From positions 2,848,001-2,912,000 of the forward strand of contig OZ241326.1 of the NCBI GenBank assembly GCA_965199855.1: a stretch of DNA of 64,000 nt, read 5' to 3'. The notes beneath the pieces are model-generated. The model was not told where the DNA came from, did not search any database, and saw nothing but the letters and a program-made list of their open reading frames with translations. Source of the DNA: a bacterium. Lineage in GTDB: Bacteria > UBA8248. The first letter of the stretch is position 1; every line of letters starts with the position of its first letter. Both the position numbers and the translations under genes were made by a program. Shown here in pieces: positions 39,037 through 48,124 of this stretch.

Positions 39037-40100
39037 GGGACGCATATATGGAAACGCTCTCGCGTTTCACCTACGGCGGGGGTGGCGCGATTCGATTGTA
39101 GGGGGCGCATATATGCGCCCCGTTTCGGGGCGCCCGATTCACGCGGTGGCGATTCAATCCCGTAGGGACAACCCCCCGTGGTTGTCCTCCGCCTTGGATG
39201 AATACCCCGCCGCCACGCAACCATCCCGTAGGGGTCGTTCGGGAACGACCCGCGCCGTCAACCGAACGGACAATCGCCGGGTTGTCGGCCATAACGTCAA
39301 AAAAACGGGCGGTTCACGAACCGCCCCTGCGAAACCATGAACCCGCGCATGGATTGACCGGGAACATCCGTTGGCCGCCGCGCGCCCCGGCTCCGGATTC
39401 CGGCCTTCGCCGGAATGACGGCGAAAGGCCAACCCCGGCGTCCCTTCGATCCGACAGGGAACGACATCGAGACGGCGGCGAGGATTTCCCCTCCGCCGCG
39501 GGACGCCCCGGAATCCCGTCATTCCGGCGAAGGCCGGAATCCAGGGTTTTGGTTGCCTTCCCTTCAAAACGGGCGGTTCGCGAACCGCCCCTACGAAATC
39601 ATAAAACCCGCATCCCCCCGCCCGGTCGCCGCGCGCATTTGCCCGCATTTGCGCCTGTCGGGCCTTCCCTCGAACGCGCGAGAATCCGCCGCGAGAGGGA
39701 GGAGGCGAACGCATGGGTTTCGGAATACGAATGATGACGAAGGCGAGGGCGTGGCGCGCGCGCCATCCGCGCCATAATGAAAACGATCCCGTTTTCGACA
39801 AAATCCGACAAATTCACGGCCTTATCCCGCAAATTCGCGCCTTTTTTCGACAAATTCAAGACCCTTCGGAGCGCGGAAAAAATATCAAGTCATTGAAAAT
39901 AAAATGGTTATGGGAATCAGGGGGCGCCCGGAGGGGGTATTTCGCGCGGCCGCGGCGTTTGCGCGCATCCGCCCGCATTTTCGCCCCTTCGCTCCGCCGC
40001 CATCCCGCAGGAGTCGTTCGGGAACGCCCCGCCGCCTGTGGCGCGAACCCTTCCTGAAAACGGGCGGTTCACGAATCGCGGGGAGGCGCCGCCCCTGCGA
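39037..40100. repeat. Second REP/REPIN cluster (GTAG and CGTC families) around an AT-rich core
   Basis: GTAG-type REPs at 39098, 39162, 39228, ~39306, ~39570, ~40007, ~40061; CGTC REPs at ~39394 and 39517 in opposite orientations. Confidence 0.85.
39883..39895 (+). promoter_or_regulatory. IHF-binding consensus site
   Basis: TATCAAGTCATTG matches WATCAANNNNTTR exactly and follows an A-tract; a second one-mismatch site lies at 39898-39910. Confidence 0.6.
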
Positions 40101-40153
40101 AGGCGAAACGCGCGCGCCGAGGATGGCGCCGAGCGGGGGGCTGCCCTCGAGAA

Positions 40154-41050
40154 TCAGATGCCCGCGAAGCCCGTCCGGAAGATGAGCCAGGCGGAAACGG
40201 CGTTCAGCCAGTTCGAGACGAGCAGGACGCCCACGAGCAGGAGCATGGCGCCGCTGGCGATTTCCACGCCGCGAAAATACCGCCTGAACGACCGGTGGAA
40301 CCGGAAGAACCAGCCCACGCCCAGACCGCTCAGGAGGAACGGAACGCCCAGCCCGGCGGAATACGCCGCCAGGAGCGCGACGCCCTGCCCCGCCGTCTCC
40401 CGCGTGCCCGCGAACAGGAGGATGCCGCCCAGAATCGGGCCGACGCACGGCGTCCAGCCGGCGGCGAAGGTGACGCCCACCAGCAGGCTGCCGAGCCAGC
40501 CGGCGGGTCTGGCGCGCAGCATGACGCGCTTCTCGGAGGAGAGGGCGGGCGCGAAGGCCGCCGCCAGGACGTAGAGGGCGAGCGCGGCGAGCGCCCCGCC
40601 CGGCGCCGGCCACCCCCCGCGCAGCCCCGCCAGCCCCGCCAGAAAAGCGAGAGAGGCCAAGGCGCCGACCGCGCCCGCGGGCTTCGCCGCGAGGAATCGC
40701 CCCCCCCGGAAGTCGAGCGCGCGATCTCCCACGTAGAGCCCGAACGAGGCGATCAGGACGCCGCCCAGAAGCCGCACGTGATCCTGGTAGGCGAACAGCA
40801 GTCCGCCCAGGAAGGAGGCGCTCGCCCCCAGGATGACGAAGACGAGGGAGAACCCCGCCACGAAGAACAGGGCGTTCGCCAGGACGGCGCCCCGGACGCG
40901 CGCCGCCTCGCCGCTCTCCCGGAGCTCCTCGTAGGAGAGGCCCGTCAGATAGCAGAGATAGCTGGGAACCAGGGGGAGGATGCACGGGGAGGCGAAGCTC
41001 AGCCCCCCGGCCAGAAAGGCCAGCCCGAGGGATACGTCTTCCGGGGCCAT
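40154..41050 (-). CDS. ccdA: Cytochrome c biogenesis protein CcdA (DsbD transmembrane domain)
   Basis: 'AFLAGGLSFASPCILPLVPSYL' and 'FAAGWTPCVGPILGGIL' give the Cys pair; 'YSAGLGVPFLL'. Confidence 0.9.
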   Translation of the reverse strand: MAPEDVSLGLAFLAGGLSFASPCILPLVPSYLCYLTGLSYEELRESGEAARVRGAVLANALFFVAGFSLVFVILGASASFLGGLLFAYQDHVRLLGGVLIASFGLYVGDRALDFRGGRFLAAKPAGAVGALASLAFLAGLAGLRGGWPAPGGALAALALYVLAAAFAPALSSEKRVMLRARPAGWLGSLLVGVTFAAGWTPCVGPILGGILLFAGTRETAGQGVALLAAYSAGLGVPFLLSGLGVGWFFRFHRSFRRYFRGVEIASGAMLLLVGVLLVSNWLNAVSAWLIFRTGFAGI

Positions 41051-41087
41051 GAATTTCCCCTGTCGAGAGGCGGCGGCCGCGCTTCGG

Positions 41088-41567
41088 CTACCTTACCACG
41101 ACCTCGGCGAACGCCGCGCCCTCGCCTGCGGGCACGCCCGTGACGAAATACCGATAGACGCCCGCGCGCGCGAACGCGACGCTCGCCGTCGCGCCCGAAT
41201 CGAAGGCGGCGCTCACATACGCGCCGTCGGGGGCGAGAAAAAAGAGCGTCGGCGAGCGCGCCGCCTTCGCCAGCGCGGCGCCCGCGCTGAACACCACCGA
41301 GGAATAGCCGCGCGTGGCGTTGAACCAGATGACCGTGGCGCCCCGTTCGATGCGCAGCTTCTTGGGAAAGACGCCGTCCGGATCGATGCGCGCGACGTGA
41401 AACTTCCCGAAGCCGGGAAAGCGCGGCTTCTCCGCCCGCGCGCCCCGCCCCGCATCGGCGGCCGACGCGCCGGCGGGCGCGAGCGGCGCGCCGGCGAGCA
41501 GCCCCGCCGCCAGCAGGGCCGGCAAAGCGCGGGCAACGCTCCCGAAGCGCGTGGGGGTTCGCGTCAA
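41088..41567 (-). CDS. Exported cupredoxin-like protein lacking type-1 Cu ligands
   Basis: TTG start overlaps the purA stop. Signal peptide; 'FPKKLRIERGATVIWFN' and 'F...GVYRYF' cupredoxin-like pattern; no Cys. Confidence 0.55.
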   Translation of the reverse strand: MTRTPTRFGSVARALPALLAAGLLAGAPLAPAGASAADAGRGARAEKPRFPGFGKFHVARIDPDGVFPKKLRIERGATVIWFNATRGYSSVVFSAGAALAKAARSPTLFFLAPDGAYVSAAFDSGATASVAFARAGVYRYFVTGVPAGEGAAFAEVVVR

Positions 41568-42886
41568 TTTCCGGCCTCCTCGCTCCCGTCGAACGGATTG
41601 CGGATGCAGATCGTGTCCTCTCGGGCGGGGCCCGTGGAGATGAGCCACACCGGCCTGTCCGTCAGCTCCTCAAGCCGCCTGATGTAGTCCTTCGCCCGGG
41701 GCGGGAGGTCGTCGTAGTTCCTCACGCCCCCGGTGGGAGCCATCCAGCCGGGGAACTCCGCATAGACGGGCTCGCACCGCTCGAGAATCGAGGTCTCCGC
41801 CGGGAACGCCGTCAGGCGCTCTCCATCGCACTCGTAGCCCACGCACACCCGAATCGTCTCCTGGCCGTCGAGCACGTCGAGCTTCGTCACCGCTATCGCG
41901 TCCATGCCCGCCACCTGGACGCAGTGGCGCGCCGCCACGGCGTCGAACCATCCGCACCGCCTCGGTCTGCCCGTGGTCGCGCCGAACTCCGCGCCCTCCT
42001 CGCGCAGCCGGGCGGCGTCCTCGCCCTTCATCTCGGAGGGAAACGGCCCCTGCCCCACCCGCGTGCAATACGCCTTCATAATGCCGAACACCGCGCTCAC
42101 CCGGCTGCAGGGCAGCCCCAGACCGCTCATCGCCGCGCCCACGCCGGTGTTGCTCGACGTCACGTAGGGGTAGGTGCCCATGTCCAGGTCGAGGAGAATG
42201 CCCTGCGCGCCCTCGAGCAGGATTTTCCGGTTCCGGCTCAGCGCGTCGCTGATTTCCGCGTCCGTGTTCCGCACGTGAGGTCCCAGCGTCTCCCGCACCC
42301 GGGCGCACACCTCCAGAACGCGCCCCTCGTCCAGGGCGCCGCGCTCCTCCTCGCGCAGCGCGATGCCGCCCAGCAGCTTCTTCTTGAGGGCCAGGCTGAC
42401 GCGGATGCGATCCGTAAGCGTCTTCTCGTCGAACAGATCCGATATCCGCACCCCCAGCCGCGCCGCCTTGTCGGAATAGGCCGGCCCGATGCCCCGGCCC
42501 GTCGTCCCGATGCGGTTGACGCCCAGCAGCTCCTCCATGTGGGAGTCGAGCGCCTTGTGGTAGGGCATGATGAGGTGCGCCCGCTTGCCGACGACCAGGT
42601 TCTCGCCGATTTCGACGCCCTCGGAGCGGAGGTATTCGATCTCCTCCACCAGGGCGAGCGGGTCCACCACCACGCCGGAGCCGATGATGCACTTCACCCC
42701 CTCGTGCAGGATGCCCGTGGGGATCAGGTGAAGAATGTATTGCCTGCCGCCGGCCACCACCGTATGGCCCGCGTTGGCGCCCCCCTGGTAGCGGGCCACC
42801 ACGTCCGCCTGGCGCGCCAGCCAGTCGATGACCTTCCCCTTCCCCTCGTCTCCCCACTGGCCGCCGAGGATCGCCAGAACGCTCAT
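41564..42886 (-). CDS. purA: Adenylosuccinate synthetase
   Basis: 'GGQWGDEGKGK', 'GGANAGHT', 'IGTTGRGIGPAY', 'EGAQG', 'EFGATTGRPRRCGW', 'TKLDVL'. Confidence 0.98.
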   Translation of the reverse strand: MSVLAILGGQWGDEGKGKVIDWLARQADVVARYQGGANAGHTVVAGGRQYILHLIPTGILHEGVKCIIGSGVVVDPLALVEEIEYLRSEGVEIGENLVVGKRAHLIMPYHKALDSHMEELLGVNRIGTTGRGIGPAYSDKAARLGVRISDLFDEKTLTDRIRVSLALKKKLLGGIALREEERGALDEGRVLEVCARVRETLGPHVRNTDAEISDALSRNRKILLEGAQGILLDLDMGTYPYVTSSNTGVGAAMSGLGLPCSRVSAVFGIMKAYCTRVGQGPFPSEMKGEDAARLREEGAEFGATTGRPRRCGWFDAVAARHCVQVAGMDAIAVTKLDVLDGQETIRVCVGYECDGERLTAFPAETSILERCEPVYAEFPGWMAPTGGVRNYDDLPPRAKDYIRRLEELTDRPVWLISTGPAREDTICIRNPFDGSEEAGN

Positions 42887-44178
42887 CGCCCCTCGTCCCT
42901 TCCGCCCACCCGGTCGAGGATTTCCGGGATCGGCCAGGCGCCCAGGTCCTCTCCGTCCGGCTCCAGGAGCCGCACCCTGCCGCCCCGCTTCCCGCCGCGC
43001 TGGACGACGAGGCATTTCGACACCCCCGCCGCCCGCGCGTATTCGAGCGAGCCTTCGAGGTCGCGGCGAATGATGTCGCGCGCCACCCGCCAGCCGCGCG
43101 CCCTGAGCCTGCGGGAAAGAAGGATGCCCGCCTGCTTCTCCCGCGTGAGGTCGATGACGAGAAAGTCCGTCCCGTTCACGCTCTCCGCCTCCGGCCCCGG
43201 CGCGGTGAGGGGGAGGAGCTGGTTCAGATCGACGGCGAAGCCCGTCCCCAGCGCGTCGTCGCCATACAGCCCCAGGAGCCTGTCGTAGCGCCCGCCGCCG
43301 CACACGGGATAGCCGGAGCCCTCGGCGAATCCCTCGAATATCACCCCCGTGTAGTAGTCGAAATCCTTGAAGTCGCACAGGTCGAAGAGGACGCGCTCGG
43401 AGAGGCCGTAAAGCTCGAGCATCCGGTACACCTTCAACAGCTCGCGGAGGGCGCCTCTCGCCGCCGGCGTCCTCGCCTTTTTCTCCACCCCCCGAAGGAC
43501 GTCGACGCCGCCGAAGCACTCGGGAACCCGCTCGAGGAGGCCCGCGTCCGTCTTCTCGCGCGGAAGCCGCGCCGCGAGGCTCGCCACCCCCGTGGAGTCG
43601 CGGCGCGCTATCGCCTCCAGCAGTTCGGCCCTCTGCGCCCCCTCCGCGCCCAGGGCGTTCAGAATGCCGCGCAGAAACGCGCCGTGGCTCAGGGACACGC
43701 GGAAGTTGTCCACCCCGTTCGCCAGGAGGCACTCCACGGCGATGGCGATCATCTCGGCGTCGGCCTCCAGGGAGACCAGTCCGATCAGCTCCACGCCCGC
43801 CTGCCAGAATTCCCTCTGCAGCTCCCCCGCCACGTGGGCGTGGCGAAAGACGTTCGCCGCGTAGGAGAGCCGCAGGGGCCGGGGGCGCGCGGCGAGAATC
43901 GTTCCCGCCGCCCGCGCGATCTGGGGGGTCATGTCCGCCCGGAGCGCCAGCAGCCCGCCGCTCTCCAGATCGACCATCCGGTAGGTCTGCGCGTCGAGCG
44001 CCTCCGCGCCCGGCCTGGGGACGTAGAACTCGAAGGCGGGCGTGAGGATTTCGCGGAATCCCCACTGCTCGAACACGCGGAGCAGGCGCTTCTCCACCTC
44101 TCGCTTGCGCCGCGCCTCGCCGGGCGGGAACACGCGCGAGCCGCCCGGAATGGCGCGCAGGGAGGCCGCCTGCCTCAC
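42883..44178 (-). CDS. hisZ: ATP phosphoribosyltransferase regulatory subunit
   Basis: HisRS-like: 'LRADMTPQIAR', 'REFWQAGVELIG', 'YYTGVIFE', 'GGGRYDRL'; directly upstream of purA. Confidence 0.9.
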   Translation of the reverse strand: MRQAASLRAIPGGSRVFPPGEARRKREVEKRLLRVFEQWGFREILTPAFEFYVPRPGAEALDAQTYRMVDLESGGLLALRADMTPQIARAAGTILAARPRPLRLSYAANVFRHAHVAGELQREFWQAGVELIGLVSLEADAEMIAIAVECLLANGVDNFRVSLSHGAFLRGILNALGAEGAQRAELLEAIARRDSTGVASLAARLPREKTDAGLLERVPECFGGVDVLRGVEKKARTPAARGALRELLKVYRMLELYGLSERVLFDLCDFKDFDYYTGVIFEGFAEGSGYPVCGGGRYDRLLGLYGDDALGTGFAVDLNQLLPLTAPGPEAESVNGTDFLVIDLTREKQAGILLSRRLRARGWRVARDIIRRDLEGSLEYARAAGVSKCLVVQRGGKRGGRVRLLEPDGEDLGAWPIPEILDRVGGRDEGR

Positions 44179-45821
44179 GGGAGGGCGTCTTCCGCTTCGG
44201 GCGCGGGAGCCGCGTCTCCGGGAGACGCCAGCTCGACGAGGCAGGCGTCGTAGATGTTGGGAATGGCGCGCACCTCCTCCATCGCGGACTCGGGCACCGG
44301 ATCGTCCAGCGTCAGGACGGCGACGGCCACGTCGTGCTTGCGCATCCGGCCGAGCTGCATCCCGGCGATGTTGATGCCGCGGCTCCCCAGCAGGGTGCCG
44401 ATTCGGCCGATCATGCCGGGGCGGTCGTCGTTGCGGAACACGAGGAGATAGCCCTCCAGGGCGACGTCGACCGAGAAATCGTCTATCCGCACGATTCTCG
44501 GCTCGTTCTTGCGGATGAAGGTGCCCGCCGCGGAGCGCTCGCCGGAGTCGGCCTTCACGCGAAGCTCGATCAAGTCCGCGTAGAGCAGGTTCTCCGAGCG
44601 GCTCGTCGTCCGCACCTCGATGCCGCGCTCCCTGGCCAGCGGCAGGCCGTTCACCAGGTTCACGCGCGCCCCCGAGAGCGCCTGTCCCAGCATCCCCTTG
44701 ATGGCCGAGGCGGCCAGCGCCTTCATGGGCATGTCGAGCGCGCCGCCGTAGATCACGTCGATCGCCTGGAGTCCCCCGCCCGTGAGCTGCGCCAGAAAAT
44801 CGCCGAGGCGCTCGGCCAGCGCCAGGTGCGGGCCGATCTGCTCCAATACCTCGGGGCCCAGCGCCGGCAGGTTCACGGCGTGCCCCACCACGCCCTCGGC
44901 GAGATACGCCACGACCTGCCTCGCCACGCTGATCGCCACGTTCTCCTGCGCCTCGGCGGTGGAGGCGCCCAGATGGGGGGTGCAGACCACGTCGTCGCGC
45001 CCGATGAGCGGGCCGTCCCGCTCCGGCGGCTCCTTGGCGTAGACGTCCACCGCCGCGCCCGCGACCTTTCCGCTGTCGAGCGCGGAGGCGAGCGCCGCCT
45101 CGTCTATCAGCCCGCCGCGCGCGCAGTTGATGATGCGGACGCCCTCGCGCATCCGGGCGATTTCCGCCGCGCCGATGAGGTTCCCCGTCTCGGCCGTCAT
45201 GGGCACGTGCAGGGTGACGTAGTCGGACTTCTCCAGCAGCTCCCCGAAGCCCACGGGGCTCACCCCGCGCCTGGAGAGCGTCTCGGCGGAGAGATAGGGG
45301 TCGTGGGCGATGACGTTCATGCCCAGGCTGCGGGCGAAAGCCGCCGTCTGCGAACCCACGCGCCCCATGCCCACGACGCCCAGCGTCTTGGAGGAGAGCT
45401 CGCTGCCCACGAAGCGGCTCCGCTCCCATCTGCCCTGCTTGAGGGAGGAGACCGCCGAGGGAATCTTGCGCGCCAGGGCGAACATCATGGCGATGGTGTG
45501 CTCCGCCGTGGTGATGACGTTGCCGTCGGGGGCGTTCACCACCAGGATGCCGAGCCGGCTGGCGGCCTCGAGGTCCACGTTGTCCACCCCGACGCCCGCG
45601 CGCGCGACCACCTTGAGCGACTCGCCGGCGCCCAGCAGCTCCTCGTCCACCCGCGTGCCGCTCCGCACGATGAGGGCGTCAGCCGACTTCGCGGCCTCGC
45701 GCAGCGCCTCGCGCCCGGAGCCGGCGCGGTCGAGAACCTCGAAGCCCTCCTCCGCCTCGAGGATGTCCCGCGCCCTCGGCGCGAGCGGCTCGCAGATCAC
45801 GACGCGAAACGCGCGGCTCAT
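44175..45821 (-). CDS. serA: D-3-phosphoglycerate dehydrogenase (with ASB and ACT domains)
   Basis: 'RAGVGVDNVD', 'GMGRVG', 'INCARGG', 'TPHLGAST.EAQ', C-terminal 'DRPGMIG'. Confidence 0.96.
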   Translation of the reverse strand: MSRAFRVVICEPLAPRARDILEAEEGFEVLDRAGSGREALREAAKSADALIVRSGTRVDEELLGAGESLKVVARAGVGVDNVDLEAASRLGILVVNAPDGNVITTAEHTIAMMFALARKIPSAVSSLKQGRWERSRFVGSELSSKTLGVVGMGRVGSQTAAFARSLGMNVIAHDPYLSAETLSRRGVSPVGFGELLEKSDYVTLHVPMTAETGNLIGAAEIARMREGVRIINCARGGLIDEAALASALDSGKVAGAAVDVYAKEPPERDGPLIGRDDVVCTPHLGASTAEAQENVAISVARQVVAYLAEGVVGHAVNLPALGPEVLEQIGPHLALAERLGDFLAQLTGGGLQAIDVIYGGALDMPMKALAASAIKGMLGQALSGARVNLVNGLPLARERGIEVRTTSRSENLLYADLIELRVKADSGERSAAGTFIRKNEPRIVRIDDFSVDVALEGYLLVFRNDDRPGMIGRIGTLLGSRGINIAGMQLGRMRKHDVAVAVLTLDDPVPESAMEEVRAIPNIYDACLVELASPGDAAPAPEAEDALP

Positions 45822-46957
45822 TCGCCGAACGCCTCCTGCGCCGCCGCGAGGCCGCGTCCTTTTTCCACCGCGAAGCCGAGCTCCTCCAGGGTCGCCTCCA
45901 GCGCGGCGACGGTCGCCAGCACGTCGGCGGAATCCACGTATCCCAGGTGCCCGATTCTGAAAATCCTGCCGCTCAGGGCGCCCTGTCCGCCGGCGATGGT
46001 CACCCCGTGGGCGTCCTCCATCAGCAGGGGAATCGCTCTTCCGTCGATTCCCTCCGGGACGCGAACGGCGGTGAGCGCCTCGCTCCTCTCGTCCCTGGGG
46101 AATATCTCCAGCCCCATCGCCTCGACGGCCGCCCCCGTCGCCCGCGCCAGCAGCGCGTGGCGCGCGAAGATGCTTTCCAGCCCCTCCTCGCGCATCATAT
46201 CGAGCGCCGCGCCCAGCCCCTCCAGCAGGGAAATCGCCGGCGTCCAGGCGGTGGTATTCCTCCTCTGGCTCCGCCGCTCGATGGTCAGGTCGAAATAACG
46301 CCGGGGAGATCGGGAGTTATCCGCCGCCCGCCAGGCGCGCTCGCTCAGCCAGACGAAGGCGAGGCCCGGCGGGAGCATGAGCGCCTTCTGGCTTCCCGTG
46401 ACGACGGCGTCCAGCCCCCACGCCTCGGGCTGGAGATCATACACCCCGAGCGCCGTGATGGCGTCCGCCACGACGAGGGTGTCGGGCGATTTCTCGCGGA
46501 CGATCCGCGCGGCGGCGCGCGCGTCGTGCCTGGCGCCGGTGGAGGTTTCGCTCGCCTGCATGAGGAGCGCCCGATGCCCCCCGCGCGCGAGGCGCGCCTC
46601 GAGCTCGCCGGGATCGACCGAGCGCCCCCATTCGACCTTCAGAACGTCCGCCTCGACCCCGTAGGCCGCGCAAATCTCCGTCCAGCGCTCGCCGAACTTG
46701 CCGCCCTCGACCACGAGGGCGGAATCGCCCGGCGAGAGCAGGTTCGCAACGGCCGCCTCCATGCCGCCCGAGCCCGAGGCGGCGAGGGTGACGACCTCGC
46801 CCTCCGTCTGAAAGAGCCATTCGAGTCCCCGGCGGATTTCCCCGAAGCGGGCCTCGAACGCCCGCGCGCGGTGGTGCGTCAGGGGCCTCGCCATGGCTTC
46901 GAGCACCCGGGGGGGCGCCGGCGTGGGGCCGGGCGCCATGAGGCGCGGCTTGTTCAT
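45818..46957 (-). CDS. Class-V PLP aminotransferase (serine-pyruvate/alanine-glyoxylate type), probable phosphoserine aminotransferase
   Basis: 'MAPGPT', 'SGSGGME', 'GKFGERW', 'ETSTG', 'TGSQKALMLPPGL', 'FRIGHLG'; translationally coupled to serA. Confidence 0.88.
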   Translation of the reverse strand: MNKPRLMAPGPTPAPPRVLEAMARPLTHHRARAFEARFGEIRRGLEWLFQTEGEVVTLAASGSGGMEAAVANLLSPGDSALVVEGGKFGERWTEICAAYGVEADVLKVEWGRSVDPGELEARLARGGHRALLMQASETSTGARHDARAAARIVREKSPDTLVVADAITALGVYDLQPEAWGLDAVVTGSQKALMLPPGLAFVWLSERAWRAADNSRSPRRYFDLTIERRSQRRNTTAWTPAISLLEGLGAALDMMREEGLESIFARHALLARATGAAVEAMGLEIFPRDERSEALTAVRVPEGIDGRAIPLLMEDAHGVTIAGGQGALSGRIFRIGHLGYVDSADVLATVAALEATLEELGFAVEKGRGLAAAQEAFGE

Positions 46958-47076
46958 TTTCCGGGTTCTTTCCTTCATGCGTTCCCAAGAATCGCGGCGA
47001 TGAAGCGGGGGCGCAACCGCCGAAGGGTATCCCACTCCGGGGGAAGGATGTCAACCGGGAGAAGGGGCCGCGCGGC

Positions 47077-47107
47077 TCCGTAGGGGCGGTTCGGGAACCG
47101 CCCGCGC
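47077..47107 (+). repeat. GTAG-type REP
   Basis: tccgtaggggcggttcgggaaccgcccgcgc, identical to 48577-48607. Confidence 0.85.
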
Positions 47108-47144
47108 GGGTGACGCCAGCCCCCACGCTTGCTACGATTCACTA

Positions 47145-47174
47145 TTGACAACCTGAACCAGCGGCATGTAGAAG
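47145..47174 (+). promoter_or_regulatory. Putative sigma70 promoter for the NYN locus
   Basis: Perfect TTGACA at 47145-47150, with a TAGAAG -10-like hexamer 18 bp downstream and an AT-rich start region. Confidence 0.55.
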
Positions 47175-47187
47175 ATATTTTATTATC

Positions 47188-47259
47188 CGCTACGCCCGTA
47201 GGCGGGCGCGTATTTCGAGGCCCCTCACGGGTTTATTCGTGGGGGGCCTTCTGATTTTT
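47188..47259 (+). ncRNA. Putative structured leader/antitoxin RNA ending in a terminator-like hairpin
   Basis: Hairpin cgcccg-tagg-cgggcg (47193-47208); 12-bp stem aggcccctcacg/cgtggggggcct (47218-47249) followed by tctgattttt. Confidence 0.45.
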
Positions 47260-47848
47260 GAAAGTAGCGGTTCTTATCGACGGCGGCTACCTTCGGGTTT
47301 TGGTTCGGCAAGCCGGATATCGCTACGATCCGGCCTACATTGAGGCTATTTCACAAGCCTGCGTCCTGTCTGATGAAATTCTGCTTCGCGTCCTCTACTA
47401 CGACTGCGCCCCGTATCAGGGAAACCCCAGGCTCCCGGTGTCGGGCAAACCCGCCAATTTTCAAGGATCGGACGAATGGCTCAAAATTCTCACCGCCCGG
47501 CCCTGTTTCGCCGTTCGACGGGGAACCCTGAAGTTCCGGGGTTTCGCGCCGAAAAAGACGCCTATCGCACCGAGCGCTTTATCCGATGGCGACTTCAAGC
47601 CCCAGTTCGAGCAAAAAAGCGTCGATATGCGAATCGGCCTCGACATCGCCATCTATGCCGCCAACCGGTCGGTAGAGCGAATTATCCTGATCACCGGAGA
47701 CACCGACTGTTTGCCGGCCCTGAAACTCGCTCGCACCGCCGGTCTTCAGATCGCGCTCGTTCAACTCCCGCAACAGCGGCTCGCGCGAGAACTGCTTTGG
47801 CATTCCGACTTTCAAAGACCAGTTGAGTGGCCGAAACAACAAGCATAG
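47258..47848 (+). CDS. NYN-domain (PIN-like, LabA/DUF88) ribonuclease
   Basis: Acidic catalytic motifs 'LIDGGY', 'QKSVDMRIGLD', 'ITGDTDCLPA'; 'RVLYYD'; lower GC than flanks; TTG start. Confidence 0.88.
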   Translation: MKVAVLIDGGYLRVLVRQAGYRYDPAYIEAISQACVLSDEILLRVLYYDCAPYQGNPRLPVSGKPANFQGSDEWLKILTARPCFAVRRGTLKFRGFAPKKTPIAPSALSDGDFKPQFEQKSVDMRIGLDIAIYAANRSVERIILITGDTDCLPALKLARTAGLQIALVQLPQQRLARELLWHSDFQRPVEWPKQQA

Positions 47849-48094
47849 CCCTTCTCCATATTCCTGTCTCCGCCCCCCGAAGCCGAAGGCGCGGGAACCA
47901 GGCTCGCATCCTGTCCGCACTGATTCCCTTGCTATGAGGTGCTGGCCCGCCATGCGAACCATACATGGCTCATGCGATTGCTTCTGGATTGCGGCTTTCA
48001 CTGAAAAACGGCGGCCGGACTTCATCGCCGCCCGATGAGGAAAGGCGGGGGGCAGGATGATCGCCCGGCGCGGAGGGCAAGCATGGTTTGTTTT

Positions 48095-48124
48095 CGTAGG
48101 GGCGGTTCCCGAACCGCCCCTACG
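48095..48124. repeat. Double-ended GTAG REP palindrome upstream of RAYT
   Basis: cgtaggggcggttc-cc-gaaccgcccctacg, perfect 14-bp arms. Confidence 0.88.

Noticed and set aside
42887-45429. Apparent long N-terminal extensions of purA and hisZ, and similarly of the XDH large subunit, FecCD permease and LLM at 22901
   Set aside because: Artefacts of taking the first start codon; true starts overlap the upstream stop codons.
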